Shown: positions 39,723 through 50,536, counted from the stretch's first letter. The stretch is DNA of 64,000 nt from Candidatus Moraniibacteriota bacterium (GCA_016182385.1 JACPGV010000007.1:12147-76146), one strand, 5' to 3'. Notes: generated by a model not told the origin, from the letters alone. Program-made: numbers and translations.

Positions 39723-39854
39723 TAAAGTACTGCCCTCTCGATCACATCGAAAAAAGTAAGAATTAAATCATTAAACACTCCTTCATGATCTCCTCCACAG
39801 GGTAAAGAACGACCTTCAGGATAACGCTCTTCCTTTTTTTCGTCAATAATACGA

Positions 39855-42455
39855 TTATCTCGTAAGGTGTCGAGATAAAACCCGTTTCAAGTACCGCCCC
39901 GTATGCGAAAGTGCATTCTTCGCCACTTCTTCAGGTGTACCGGAAGCGACAATTTTTCCGCCACCCACTCCTCCCTCAGGACCAATGTCAATAATGTAGT
40001 CAGCCGATTTGATAAGATCCATATTGTGTTCGATAACTAGTACCGTGTTTCCTTTGACCACTAACGTCATAAGAATCTCAATCAATTTCCGCACATCTTC
40101 ATAATGCAGTCCGATCGTCGGTTCATCCAAAAGGTACACCGTGCGCTCAAGCATCGGCCGATACAATTCCGAAGCGATTTTAACACGTTGCGCTTCGCCG
40201 CCGGACAAAGTGGTCGCCGATTGACCAAGTTTCAGATATCCCAACCCGACTTCATTCAGCGTCTTCAAACGATCTGCTATCGCCGGAATATCGGAAAAAA
40301 ATGAAAAGGCTTCCTCAATGGTCATTTCGAGCACTTGATAAATATTCTTCTGTTTGTATTTCACCTCGAGAGTTTCCTTGGTAAAACGCTTTCCATCACA
40401 CACATCACACGGCACGTACACCGTCGGAAGAAAATGCATCTCCACGGCAAGAAATCCATTCCCCTCACATGTCTCGCAACGGCCACCGGGACGATTGAAA
40501 GAAAATCTTCCCACTTTCCAGCCGCGCACTCGCGCCTCTTCCGTCGAAGCAAACAAATCGCGAATATGCGTAAAAGCGCCGGTATACGTCGCCGGATTGG
40601 ATCGTGGCGTCCGACCAATCGGGCTCTGATCGATAAGCACCGCGCGCGACAGATACTCGCTCCCAACAAACGATTGACAATGAAAAACTTCGTTCGAACG
40701 ATAACGACGATCAAAGCGCGCTTGCAAATTTTTATAAACAATTTCGTACAGAAACGTCGATTTTCCTGATCCGGAGACGCCAGTAATAGCCACCAGACGA
40801 CCAAGCGGGATATCAACATTCAAATGAGCTATATTGAACAATCGCGCGCCACGAATTTTTATCGTCCCCTTCTCCTTGCTTCGGCGCGTTACTGGCACAG
40901 AAACCATCTCTTCGCCACGCAAATACCCCAGCGTGAGCGAACGAGAGTGATTTTTTTCCGCCATAAGCAATTCATCAAGGTATCCCGAAACAACCACGTT
41001 TCCGCCATGCACGCCGGCGCCGGGACCAATATCGACAATATAATCGGAAGCGTAAATAGTATCCTCATCATGTTCGACAATGATGATAGTATTGCCAAGA
41101 TCACGAAGCGATTGCAGTGTTTCGATCAAGCGTTCATTATCACGCTGATGCAAACCAATCGTCGGTTCATCAAGAACATAAAGTGCTCCAACCAACTGCG
41201 AACCGAGCTGACTCGCCAAACGAATACGCTGAGCCTCGCCGCCCGAAAGCGTGTTGGCGCGACGATCGAGTGTGAGATACGTCAGACCAACATTCAAAAG
41301 AAATGTAAGTCGCGCGCCAATCTCACGCAAAACAACCGCCGCGATCTGTTCTTCACGCTCAGAAAGCGTCAAAGTTTCGAAGAACGCGCTGGCTTCCTCA
41401 ATGGTCATCATGGAAAGCTCGACGATATTTTTTCCCCCGATACGGATATGCAACGCTTCCTCACGTAATCGCGACCCATGACACTCCCCGCATGGTTCAT
41501 CGCCAAAAAAATGTTTGGTACCAAGACCATTACACGCCGTGCACGCGCCGTACGGTGAATTAAAAGAAAAAAGTCGAGGTTCCACCTCCGGATAAGAAAA
41601 CCCATCATATGGACAAGAAAACTTCGAGGAAAGAACAAACGATTCTTTCCCGATACGAACAGTCACCAGACCACCGCTTTCTTCAAGCGCTCGTTCGACT
41701 GCCTCAGACAATCGTTCTCTCGATGTCTCGGGAAATTTCTCAAACTCCTCAAGTGTCATTTCATCAACGAGAAGATCGATGTCATGTTTCTTGTTTTTTG
41801 AAAGAAGAATTTGCTCTCGTAAACTTTTACGAACGCCGTCGAGAAATATTTCAGCAAACCCGTTGTGCAAAGCGTTGTACAAAAGTTGATAGTATTCCCC
41901 CTTTCGGCCGCGAACGACCGGCGCGGCAATGACGAGGGTTTCCGCCACTTTCTTTTTTCCTTTTTTCGGAAACGCCGCGCGAACACGTTCAGCGACAAGC
42001 AAAAGCATTTCTTCCGTCGACAATTTTTGTATTTCACGATCACACAGCAAACAATGCGGCCGACCAAGACGAGCATAGAACACTCGCAAATAATCATAGA
42101 TCTCCGTCACCGTCGCCACCGTCGAACGCGGATTCCGGCTGGCTGACTTTTGATCAATAGAAATAGCCGGCGACAAACCGACAATCTCATCGACATCGGG
42201 CTTTTGCATGGTATTCAAAAATTGTCGCGCGTACGCAGAAAGAGATTCGACGTATCGTCGTTGTCCTTCGGCAAAAATGGTGTCAAAAGCAAGAGAAGAC
42301 TTTCCCGATCCGGAAAGACCGGTAAACACTATCATCTTGTTTCGCGGCATGCGAACGGTAATATTTTTCAAGTTGTGCGTTCGTGCGCCGCGTACCTCAA
42401 TCCATTCACTGGGATCAATTTTTTTACGGCTAGAACGCTTCTGTTTCAAAAGCAT
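39855..42455 (-). CDS. UvrA paralog (second excinuclease ABC subunit A-like protein)
   Basis: [34 protein letters not shown] and two ABC modules. About 866 aa, shorter than the first uvrA. Confidence 0.9.
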   Translation of the reverse strand: MLLKQKRSSRKKIDPSEWIEVRGARTHNLKNITVRMPRNKMIVFTGLSGSGKSSLAFDTIFAEGQRRYVESLSAYARQFLNTMQKPDVDEIVGLSPAISIDQKSASRNPRSTVATVTEIYDYLRVFYARLGRPHCLLCDREIQKLSTEEMLLLVAERVRAAFPKKGKKKVAETLVIAAPVVRGRKGEYYQLLYNALHNGFAEIFLDGVRKSLREQILLSKNKKHDIDLLVDEMTLEEFEKFPETSRERLSEAVERALEESGGLVTVRIGKESFVLSSKFSCPYDGFSYPEVEPRLFSFNSPYGACTACNGLGTKHFFGDEPCGECHGSRLREEALHIRIGGKNIVELSMMTIEEASAFFETLTLSEREEQIAAVVLREIGARLTFLLNVGLTYLTLDRRANTLSGGEAQRIRLASQLGSQLVGALYVLDEPTIGLHQRDNERLIETLQSLRDLGNTIIIVEHDEDTIYASDYIVDIGPGAGVHGGNVVVSGYLDELLMAEKNHSRSLTLGYLRGEEMVSVPVTRRSKEKGTIKIRGARLFNIAHLNVDIPLGRLVAITGVSGSGKSTFLYEIVYKNLQARFDRRYRSNEVFHCQSFVGSEYLSRAVLIDQSPIGRTPRSNPATYTGAFTHIRDLFASTEEARVRGWKVGRFSFNRPGGRCETCEGNGFLAVEMHFLPTVYVPCDVCDGKRFTKETLEVKYKQKNIYQVLEMTIEEAFSFFSDIPAIADRLKTLNEVGLGYLKLGQSATTLSGGEAQRVKIASELYRPMLERTVYLLDEPTIGLHYEDVRKLIEILMTLVVKGNTVLVIEHNMDLIKSADYIIDIGPEGGVGGGKIVASGTPEEVAKNALSHTGRYLKRVLSRHLTR

Positions 42456-42502
42456 AGAATGACCCTTACGAATGGTCAGTATAGCCCAAAGAGAAGAAAG
42501 AA

Positions 42503-43201
42503 TCAAAGATATTCAAGAAGAGCACGATATTCGTCCTCCCGTTCCGGATGCACGACAAGCTCAATGGGACCCTGAGGGACCTGTTTGGCAAATGCGTTGA
42601 AATCACCAAACCAATCAAAGCTGACAAGATAATCGGATGTTGGCACCGGTTGTTTTTCATATGATGTCTTTGTTTGCTTCCAAAGAAAAGACAAAATATT
42701 TCCTACCAAAGCGCTATGCATATCGGTAAGCATACCCTTCTTTCCGAAACGCACATAACCAATATCATAACGTTTGGCGAGACCAAGAAAAACACGAAAA
42801 AATTTCGGAAAATGATGCACATATTCGTGCGAATTCAAACCATCCGGATATCGTCGGAAGAGTTCGTGAAAACGCTCTATCTGATCCCGCCATTCCGTTT
42901 CCACTTTTTTCGCGGTTAATAATCCAAAAAAATATCGCCACAAAAAGTTCGCTCCGCGCAAAAACGTATTTTCATGCATCTTATATCCGCGCTTGAGCAA
43001 TCCAATAAGCTCAAGATGAAGATCGATTTTTACACCGGTGGCCAGCAATGCTTCGGCCTGTTCGTGAGAAACATAATGAATAAGCACGGACACGCGATCA
43101 ATTTTTCCCTCACGCACCAAACGCAAAATGGGTTCCGCCGTTTGACGGATCCCATAATCATCAGCAACAACGACAAACCTCTCCCGCGTATCTTCTGTCA
43201 T
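42503..43201 (-). CDS. ChbG/YdjC-family carbohydrate deacetylase
   Basis: FVVVADDYGI N-terminal motif of the YdjC family. Confidence 0.7.
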   Translation of the reverse strand: MTEDTRERFVVVADDYGIRQTAEPILRLVREGKIDRVSVLIHYVSHEQAEALLATGVKIDLHLELIGLLKRGYKMHENTFLRGANFLWRYFFGLLTAKKVETEWRDQIERFHELFRRYPDGLNSHEYVHHFPKFFRVFLGLAKRYDIGYVRFGKKGMLTDMHSALVGNILSFLWKQTKTSYEKQPVPTSDYLVSFDWFGDFNAFAKQVPQGPIELVVHPEREDEYRALLEYL

Positions 43202-43310
43202 AGCGGAAACAGCTTTTCTATTACCAAACTATTGTGACAAAAAAATATAAAAAAGACAAGAAAAAATCACCAAAAAATACCATTTGCTTTTTTTTCCTCC
43301 ACCGAGTATT

Positions 43311-43922
43311 ATGTGTTCTGGTCCTTTGAAAGGAGAAAAAGCCGTGAATAAAAGACCGTTGCAAGCCTACGCCGCCATCATGGCGGCTCGCAAAGCTGAA
43401 ACAAGTGATCAGTGCGATCCCTTTACCATACGGGGAGGAACCGAAGAAAAAGATTTTCGGAATCAGATACTCGAATCTTCCCTCACGCCGGTCCAGCTCA
43501 TTATCGCAGAAAACGTCAGCCAAGCACGGGAAAACACCGACCATCTCATGAGCCACGCCCTCCCTGATGGAGGAGGATACCGCAATCAAATTTTTTCTCT
43601 CTCGGATATTTCAAAAAAAATTGACCTCTACCTCAGAACATTGAATGATCCATCTGGAAAAAGAAAACTTTTTTACCTTATCGGCGGATGGATATTTTTT
43701 CAACGAAGTGGAAATCTCTTGTCGGAAAAAAGGCTTCTGGTACAAAGTAGTGTCGGATACTGCCCGGAGGAAGCCGTGGCTGATTTCCTCACTCGCTTTC
43801 ATCATCTCATCGGCATGAAACACGTATTTCAAAACGGATATATCCTCCAATACCAAGAGGTTTCCGTGGAAAGACTTATGACCGACTATATTTCTCTCGT
43901 TCCTTTTGCCGTATGTCACTAA
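43311..43922 (+). CDS. hypothetical protein
   Basis: Plus-strand ORF ending at a bidirectional terminator. Confidence 0.4.
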   Translation: MCSGPLKGEKAVNKRPLQAYAAIMAARKAETSDQCDPFTIRGGTEEKDFRNQILESSLTPVQLIIAENVSQARENTDHLMSHALPDGGGYRNQIFSLSDISKKIDLYLRTLNDPSGKRKLFYLIGGWIFFQRSGNLLSEKRLLVQSSVGYCPEEAVADFLTRFHHLIGMKHVFQNGYILQYQEVSVERLMTDYISLVPFAVCH

Positions 43923-43960
43923 AAACCCCACTCCTCGGAGCGGGGTTTTCTTTTGCTAAA
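43923..43960. terminator. bidirectional terminator between convergent genes
   Basis: aaaaccccactcctcggagcggggtttt hairpin flanked by A and T runs. Confidence 0.45.
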
Positions 43961-43973
43961 AACCTCTCCTCTC

Positions 43974-44822
43974 TCAGTCCTCTTCTTCCGTTCCAAAAAC
44001 CTTTTTCAGCTCTTCACGAGCGGTTTTCATTGTTGCACGAAAATCATCAAACGCTTTTTTTACAGTTGTTCGACGCGTTTCTGCCAATTTTTTCACCTGC
44101 TCGCCGATTTTATCCGCGCTCTGTCGTTCGCTTATAAGCGTTTCGCGAGCAGTGGCCAAATCTTGTTTAAATGTTGATCGAATCGTTTCTGGATCAGCAC
44201 CGTCTTCACAACTTTTTTTCGCTTTTTCGAGAGCAGTTTCTACGGCCTCTTCAAATTTTTTCACCGCGCTCTCCATATCACCTTTCCGACCAACGAGAGC
44301 GGCATCCACACCATCACGAAAAGCCTGAATAGCAGCATCAACCGCCGCACGTCTCGTTTCAACGGCTTTTTCCGCCGTCTCCTGAAAAAGGGCTACAGCA
44401 GCTTTTTCTTCATCAGTATCGGCGCGAGCCTCCAAAGCAGCGTACATCGCCTTACGTCGTTCATCTCCTAAAGAACGCTTCTCATCAAGTTTCTCCTCAC
44501 GATCCTCGCGTTTATCCTCCATTTTACTTGTCCGCTCACTTTTTCGTTCTTCGAACTTCGATCGCCGTTCGGAAAGATTACTTGCTATTTTTTCTGCATG
44601 TTCAGTAAAACGATCACAAAAAGCCTCCTGTCGTTTTTCTTTCATTTCCGCAAGCTTCTCTTCACGTTTTGCTTTCCATTCCTCTGCTTTGGCCTCACGC
44701 TTCTCCTGTCGCTCTTCTGCCTTTGTTTGTTCGTCCGAAGATTCATTGGCAAAAACGCCGACTGGCACAATAAACGAAACAATCACGAATACGCCCACGA
44801 TAATTTTTGTTTTCATATTCAT
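43974..44822 (-). CDS. secreted, highly charged (E/K/R-rich) coiled-coil protein
   Basis: Signal peptide followed by long charged helical repeats. Confidence 0.5.
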   Translation of the reverse strand: MNMKTKIIVGVFVIVSFIVPVGVFANESSDEQTKAEERQEKREAKAEEWKAKREEKLAEMKEKRQEAFCDRFTEHAEKIASNLSERRSKFEERKSERTSKMEDKREDREEKLDEKRSLGDERRKAMYAALEARADTDEEKAAVALFQETAEKAVETRRAAVDAAIQAFRDGVDAALVGRKGDMESAVKKFEEAVETALEKAKKSCEDGADPETIRSTFKQDLATARETLISERQSADKIGEQVKKLAETRRTTVKKAFDDFRATMKTAREELKKVFGTEEED

Positions 44823-44824
44823 AG

Positions 44825-45172
44825 TTAATAATTCTTTTCGTCGTATGTTGTACCAAACTGAACAACGCTTTGACTATCCGATTCTATATCCTCAAGCTCA
44901 GTCCGTTCCTCATCAAAAAGAGCTTCCTCATCAAGAGAGGTTTCCGCGGTAATCTCCACAGTGATATCATCAACGGAAGATGGCACGACGACCATCTCTT
45001 TCCCTGGTGACTTTTTATCAAGTGGTAAAGGTTTTTTTTGAACAACTGTTCGCTCTTCTCCCGGAGTATATTTTTGATCCGCAAACTGACGATACACGGT
45101 CACCAAAACGAGACCGAGCACGATCACTCCAAGCAAAATCACAAGAATGTGTTTATAGGATATCGATTGCAT
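44825..45172 (-). CDS. small membrane-anchored protein, hypothetical
   Basis: N-terminal TM helix and an acidic C-terminus. Confidence 0.4.
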   Translation of the reverse strand: MQSISYKHILVILLGVIVLGLVLVTVYRQFADQKYTPGEERTVVQKKPLPLDKKSPGKEMVVVPSSVDDITVEITAETSLDEEALFDEERTELEDIESDSQSVVQFGTTYDEKNY

Positions 45173-45231
45173 GATAATTATTTATTTTACTTTTTACTTT
45201 CTTCTATTATACCACATTTCAAAAAATCTTG

Positions 45232-45260
45232 CATTGACATCTTTGTTCCCAAAGAGTACG
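45232..45260 (+). promoter_or_regulatory. candidate promoter TTGACA-17-TACGAT
   Basis: Hexamers upstream of the 45301 ORF. Confidence 0.4.
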
Positions 45261-45300
45261 ATGGCAACATCTTGTTCATTCGAAAAAGAAAGGATTCGCC

Positions 45301-45681
45301 ATGTCATGCGTATTACTGCACAAACCGGCACGTCCGGTGGCGTTTATCGTGAGCATCCACATCATTCCCTCAAAAAAAGCATTTTCTTCTTTCCCGAGAC
45401 TCCTTCCAAAGAGAAGTGTCGTCCGACTTTTCAGGGAAGTTATTTCCGCCGAACAAGAAAGTGAGGCTATTCAAGAAGCGCTCAGTCTTTTTTTTGCAGG
45501 GTATCGACCCCTCAAAGGACTTCCGCCAACGACCAAAAATCTTCCAGACTACATGTACGTTGACCCTGTTCCTTTGTACGCGCACGAACTGGAAAGAACA
45601 CTTTCCGGCTTTGTCAGGATATCTAAAGAGCGCTACGACGAAACGCGCGCGCTCCTCAAAAAAATTTCCGAGATGTCATAA
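45301..45681 (+). CDS. hypothetical protein (126 aa)
   Basis: A plus-strand island among minus-strand genes, with its own promoter, an AAGGA Shine-Dalgarno and a terminator. Confidence 0.4.
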   Translation: MSCVLLHKPARPVAFIVSIHIIPSKKAFSSFPRLLPKRSVVRLFREVISAEQESEAIQEALSLFFAGYRPLKGLPPTTKNLPDYMYVDPVPLYAHELERTLSGFVRISKERYDETRALLKKISEMS

Positions 45682-45696
45682 TCTCATCCGTATTCA

Positions 45697-45720
45697 AGTC
45701 CGCTCGTCGGACTTTTTTTC
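45697..45720 (+). terminator. intrinsic terminator
   Basis: agtccg-ctcgt-cggact followed by TTTTTTT. Confidence 0.55.
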
Positions 45721-45798
45721 TTGACAACCGCCATCACGCAACAACCAAAAACACGATTTCTGATCACAATTGTTTCGAAGAATTTTTTAAAAAAATAT

Positions 45799-47871
45799 TT
45801 ACGATTTTTTATTTTCCCGACGTTTTTTCGGAAAACTCTTCGATTCCAAAACGCGTATCTCGTCACGCAAAATCGCCGCCGTTTCAAAATCCAGCACTTT
45901 CACCGCCGCTCGCATTTCTCGCTCCTTAAGACGAATAAGTTTCGCCGGGTCACGCGCGAAAACTTCTTGATCAAGCAAAACATTGGCGCGTACCGCTTTG
46001 TCATGTTCACTTTCCAGCGATTCCGTAATATCGTGGATATTTTTCTTAATGGTTTGCGGTGTAATGTGATGTTTCTCATTATATGCCATCTGAAGTGCGC
46101 GCCGCCGATTGGTTTCATCAAGGGCAAAACGTATCGATCCGGTCATACTCTCGGCATACAGAATAACTCTTCCTTTTACATTACGTGCTGCCCGACCAAT
46201 GATCTGAATAAGCGATGTCTCCGAACGCAAAAAACCCTCCTTGTCCGCGTCAAGAATACCGATAAAGGATACTTCCGGTAAATCAAGGCCTTCTCGCAAC
46301 AAATTCACACCAACCAGACAATCAAACACCCCTTTGCGAAACGCCGTCAAAATCTTGATGCGATCAATCGTTTTGATGTCACTATGCAGGTACTCGGCTC
46401 GTATACCTTTCTCCTTCAAATAATGACTCAGGTCTTCCGCCATTTTTTTGGTGAGTGTCGTAGCAATAACGCGCCCTCTCTCTTCTTTGTTTTTCACCGT
46501 ATCTTTTTTGATTTCTTTTTCCGCTTCACGGATGAAATCTCCAATCTGTCCCGGGTACCCTTCTTTTTCATGAATCGGCCTTACCTCCACAAGCGGATCA
46601 ATAAGTCCCGTCGGGCGAATAACTTGTTCGACAATATTCTTGCTTATTTCACGTTCATATTCATTTGGTGTCGCGGATGTAAAAATAATTGGCCCCACTC
46701 GATCAAAAAATTCCTCAAAGCGAAGCGGCCGGTTATCAAGCGCGCTCGGCAAACGAAAACCATATTCAACAAGGGTTTTCTTACGCGACTGATCACCGGC
46801 ATACATACCGCGAAGTTGAGGCAACGTAACATGTGATTCGTCAACAATGGTAAGAAAGTCAGAACTTCCATCAGCCATATGAGGAAAATATGAAAGTAGC
46901 GTCTCCGGTGGATCGCCCGGTTTTTTTCCTGAAAGATGTCGGGAATAATTTTCGATCCCATTGCAGTAACCGATTTCTTTCATCATCGCGAGATCATAGT
47001 TCGTACGGCGTTTCAAACGTTCCGCTTCAAGAATCTTTCCCTCCGTCGCAAGCGTTTCCAAACGCTCGCCGAGCTCATGGCGAATCGAAGAGAGTGCCCG
47101 CTCTTGTTTCTTTTTATCCGTAACAAAGTGTTTGGCGGGAAACAAAAACACCGCCTTTGGAGTATCAAGTATTTTCTGTGATACTGGATCGATCTTGGTA
47201 ATAGCGTCCAATCGTCCATTATTCATCTCCAAAAGATACGTGATTTTTTCCGACACTGGCATCACCTCGATACGATTACCAAGACTGCGAAATTTCCCGG
47301 GACCGAGATCGGCATTGGTACGTTCGAAAAAGATGGCCACCAGTCGATGCAACAACTCCGTCCGCGTAAGTCGCATACCAATCTCCAGTCGCATATTTTC
47401 CTTTTCATATTCCTCCGGACTCCCCAAACCATAAATACAAGATACCGATGCGACAATAATCACGTCGCGGCGCGTAAGAAGTGACTGCGTGGAAGCATGC
47501 CGCAGACGATCTATTTCTTCATTGATCTGCGCGTCTTTTTCAATGTAAGTATCCGTCATGGGCAAATATGCTTCCGGTTGATAATAATCATAATACGAAA
47601 CAAAATAATGCACGGCCGCGTCAGGAAAAAACTCTTGATATTCCTGCGCCAACTGAGCGGCAAGCGTCTTGTTGTGCGCGATGACAAGTGCCGGCCTCTC
47701 TCCCGATGCGATAACATTCGCGGCGGTAAAAGTTTTTCCCGATCCTGTCACGCCAAGGAGCGTTTGAAAACGCTTCTTCTCGTTCAGCCCTTGGCAAAGC
47801 GAGCGAATAGCTCGCGGCTGATCACCGGTTGGTTGATATTTTGATTGAAGATGAAAAAGAGACATGGGCAT
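45799..47871 (-). CDS. uvrB: excinuclease ABC subunit B
   Basis: Helicase motifs (GVTGSGKTFT), the beta-hairpin region and the C-terminal UvrBC-interaction domain. Confidence 0.95.
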   Translation of the reverse strand: MPMSLFHLQSKYQPTGDQPRAIRSLCQGLNEKKRFQTLLGVTGSGKTFTAANVIASGERPALVIAHNKTLAAQLAQEYQEFFPDAAVHYFVSYYDYYQPEAYLPMTDTYIEKDAQINEEIDRLRHASTQSLLTRRDVIIVASVSCIYGLGSPEEYEKENMRLEIGMRLTRTELLHRLVAIFFERTNADLGPGKFRSLGNRIEVMPVSEKITYLLEMNNGRLDAITKIDPVSQKILDTPKAVFLFPAKHFVTDKKKQERALSSIRHELGERLETLATEGKILEAERLKRRTNYDLAMMKEIGYCNGIENYSRHLSGKKPGDPPETLLSYFPHMADGSSDFLTIVDESHVTLPQLRGMYAGDQSRKKTLVEYGFRLPSALDNRPLRFEEFFDRVGPIIFTSATPNEYEREISKNIVEQVIRPTGLIDPLVEVRPIHEKEGYPGQIGDFIREAEKEIKKDTVKNKEERGRVIATTLTKKMAEDLSHYLKEKGIRAEYLHSDIKTIDRIKILTAFRKGVFDCLVGVNLLREGLDLPEVSFIGILDADKEGFLRSETSLIQIIGRAARNVKGRVILYAESMTGSIRFALDETNRRRALQMAYNEKHHITPQTIKKNIHDITESLESEHDKAVRANVLLDQEVFARDPAKLIRLKEREMRAAVKVLDFETAAILRDEIRVLESKSFPKKRRENKKS

Positions 47872-48554
47872 TATAACCAGCGTTTCAAAAAAATACCGAC
47901 AGCGTTGATGAGTGATTGACCGGCACCACGATAGACATACAAAAAGAAAAGAAACGATACGATAATCACGCCAATCAATATATCTACATTGGGCTTGATG
48001 TGCTCTATGTCACGCCATATTTTCTGTACCGTACCGATGCCAGCATAACCGACATACAAATACGCGAAATCCTTAAAAAAATTACCAGCATACGTCGCGC
48101 AAAGAAATACCCGAATATCCATCTTGATGATTCCGGCGGCAAGCGACACCGGCGTCGTTGGAAACGGCGGTAATAATCGAAGAAGAAATAAAAGCCCCCC
48201 ATCTTTCCAATGATGACCGGTGAATCGTTTACCGAAACTCTCTATTTCTTCGTGACGAATTCCCAAATACTTCGTTATCGGTTTTACCAAAAGATCTTCA
48301 AGTGTATCACCCAAAAAATAATACAACCACGCGCCAAGCGTTTTACCAATATTGCCGAGAAGTGCCAAAAAGAAAAGATACCAGATGGTTTCTCCTTGCA
48401 TCAGTGCAAGTGATCCGGAAAGTCCCATAACGAGTGCTGCTGGAATGGGACTAATGACTTCCTCGAGAAACGATCCGACAAATACAAACACTTCAAGCGG
48501 CATGCTGGTCGCCAAAGCTTTCACATAATAATCAAATGTCTCCAAAGAATACAT
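47871..48554 (-). CDS. DedA/SNARE-associated family membrane protein
   Basis: DedA signature region GxxxGxxxP...LRLLPxFP. Confidence 0.85.
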   Translation of the reverse strand: MYSLETFDYYVKALATSMPLEVFVFVGSFLEEVISPIPAALVMGLSGSLALMQGETIWYLFFLALLGNIGKTLGAWLYYFLGDTLEDLLVKPITKYLGIRHEEIESFGKRFTGHHWKDGGLLFLLRLLPPFPTTPVSLAAGIIKMDIRVFLCATYAGNFFKDFAYLYVGYAGIGTVQKIWRDIEHIKPNVDILIGVIIVSFLFFLYVYRGAGQSLINAVGIFLKRWL

Positions 48555-48635
48555 AGAAAAAATACGGCATTATACAGGCCTCCCTTACAAGGTCTCCTTC
48601 TCTATTATACAAGGATACAAGAAAGCGAGAAATGC

Positions 48636-49844
48636 TCAGTCAACAAACGTCAACGCGTTTCCTTTCTTGTTGCCACGACCGGTACGACCGATACGATGGA
48701 TATAATCTTCATAGTTTTCCGGCAATTCGTAGTTGATAACGTGCGTAACATCCGGAATATCCAATCCACGCGCCGCCACATCGGTTGCCACGAGAATAGT
48801 AATCTCATCCTTACTAAAACGACGCAAAGCGCGCTGGCGTTGTGATTGCGATTTGTCGCCATGGATCGAATCCGCGGAAAATCCTCGTTCTACCAATCGA
48901 TGTGCCAATTTATCGACACCATGCTTCGTGCGTCCGAAAATAAGCACTTTCTGCAATTCCGGCTTGAGGAGGAGATTGTGCAAAACTTCTATCTTTTCCT
49001 CACGCGGATCGACACGAACAATATCCTGATCAACATTTTCCGACGTCGCTCGTGATTTGATAGTTATTGTTACCGGATCATTAAGGAATTTTTTGGCCAA
49101 TTCCGAAATTTCTCGCGGCATAGTTGCCGAAAAAAAGAGTGATTGACGCGGCTCCTTCATCAACGCGACAAGATATTTGATATCTTTGATAAAACCCATA
49201 TCAAGCATTCGATCTACCTCATCAAGCACGATATTATTGAATTCCGCGATGTGAAGTTTTTTGCGCTCGATAAGATCTTTCAAGCGTCCCGGCGTCCCAA
49301 TAACAAAACTGGGATCACGCGCCAGACTACGTAATTGATCATTGATATGCGCCCCACCAATACAAAGTGCTGAGCGGAGTCCCGATCCGGCGGCAAATTT
49401 GCGCAATTCATCCTCGATTTGAAGCGCCAACTCGCGCGTCGGTACGATAATGAGCACTTTTTCCGCCTGATGTTTGAACGTCTTATGAATAAGCGGCAAA
49501 AGAAACGCCGCTGTCTTACCGGTACCGGTATTGGCGATGCCAATAACATCTCGCCCTTTCAAGATATGTGGGATTGCCCCATCTTGAATCGGCGTCGGAT
49601 GCACATAACCAGCAAGAGCAACATTCGCTTTCAGCTTGCTATGCATCTCAAAATCAGCAAAACGATGTCGCGGATTATAGGTTTCCGTTTCCGTGGTCTG
49701 AATAGCCTTCTTTACAAATTGAGTAAAATCAAGCTCGTCCGCCATACCACGCTTCCCGCCACGTCCACTCTTCGAACGCGCGCCAAAACGGTTGCCGCCA
49801 CGAGTACGCTTACTAAAAGTCTTCTTCGGATTCTTTTTAAACAT
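48636..49844 (-). CDS. DEAD-box ATP-dependent RNA helicase
   Basis: Q-motif, ANTGTGKT, DEVDRMLDMGF, SAT and HRIGRTGR motifs. Confidence 0.9.
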   Translation of the reverse strand: MFKKNPKKTFSKRTRGGNRFGARSKSGRGGKRGMADELDFTQFVKKAIQTTETETYNPRHRFADFEMHSKLKANVALAGYVHPTPIQDGAIPHILKGRDVIGIANTGTGKTAAFLLPLIHKTFKHQAEKVLIIVPTRELALQIEDELRKFAAGSGLRSALCIGGAHINDQLRSLARDPSFVIGTPGRLKDLIERKKLHIAEFNNIVLDEVDRMLDMGFIKDIKYLVALMKEPRQSLFFSATMPREISELAKKFLNDPVTITIKSRATSENVDQDIVRVDPREEKIEVLHNLLLKPELQKVLIFGRTKHGVDKLAHRLVERGFSADSIHGDKSQSQRQRALRRFSKDEITILVATDVAARGLDIPDVTHVINYELPENYEDYIHRIGRTGRGNKKGNALTFVD

Positions 49845-49983
49845 TCCGATTATTCTTAATAATTGAAAATCTTCTTTCTCCCCCTCACAGAGAAAGGATT
49901 CTCAAAAGGGTCTAAAGAGTATTCATTAAAACAGAAAAAATATATTCTGTCAATCTTGCTGTTGATATTCTCGAGAAAAATGT

Positions 49984-50535
49984 TCACAAAAGCCTTAATT
50001 CTCGACGAAGGAGAGGATAATCTGGAAATGTTTTTCCGACCAATTGCCAAAACTTCGATGAGTGATTAAATTCAAGCAAATGACATATTTCGTGCACAAT
50101 AACGTACTCTCGCAAATGTTTTGGGAGAAACAAAAGCCGATAATGAAAAGAAAGTGTTCCGTTTCGCGAACAACTACCAAAACGTGTTTTTTGATTACGA
50201 ATAGAAACCTTTGCACAACGCACCCCGTATACTTTCTGAAAATATTCAACGAGTTTCTCGATGGCGATGTGTGCTTCTTCTTTCCGCTCTCGATACTCCT
50301 CCAAAGAACCACGAAAAAGAAAACGTTTTGGGCTTTCTCGCAACACCTTTCTTTTCTCGCGAATCCACTCAAGACGATTTTCTAATAATTGTTTGCCTCT
50401 CTCATAGGAAACGTGCCGCGGAAGCGAAAGTGTCACCGCGCCCTCCGGAGAGAAGATGATGCGCGCGCATTTCGCGTTACGATACTTTCTTACGACGCAC
50501 ACGACATCATCGGCTACGACGATTTCTTGTTTCAC
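49984..50535 (-). CDS. YgjP/DUF45-family metal-dependent hydrolase
   Basis: HEICHLLEFNHSSKFWQLV zinc-binding signature. Confidence 0.75.
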   Translation of the reverse strand: MKQEIVVADDVVCVVRKYRNAKCARIIFSPEGAVTLSLPRHVSYERGKQLLENRLEWIREKRKVLRESPKRFLFRGSLEEYRERKEEAHIAIEKLVEYFQKVYGVRCAKVSIRNQKTRFGSCSRNGTLSFHYRLLFLPKHLREYVIVHEICHLLEFNHSSKFWQLVGKTFPDYPLLRRELRLL

Positions 50536-50536
50536 A

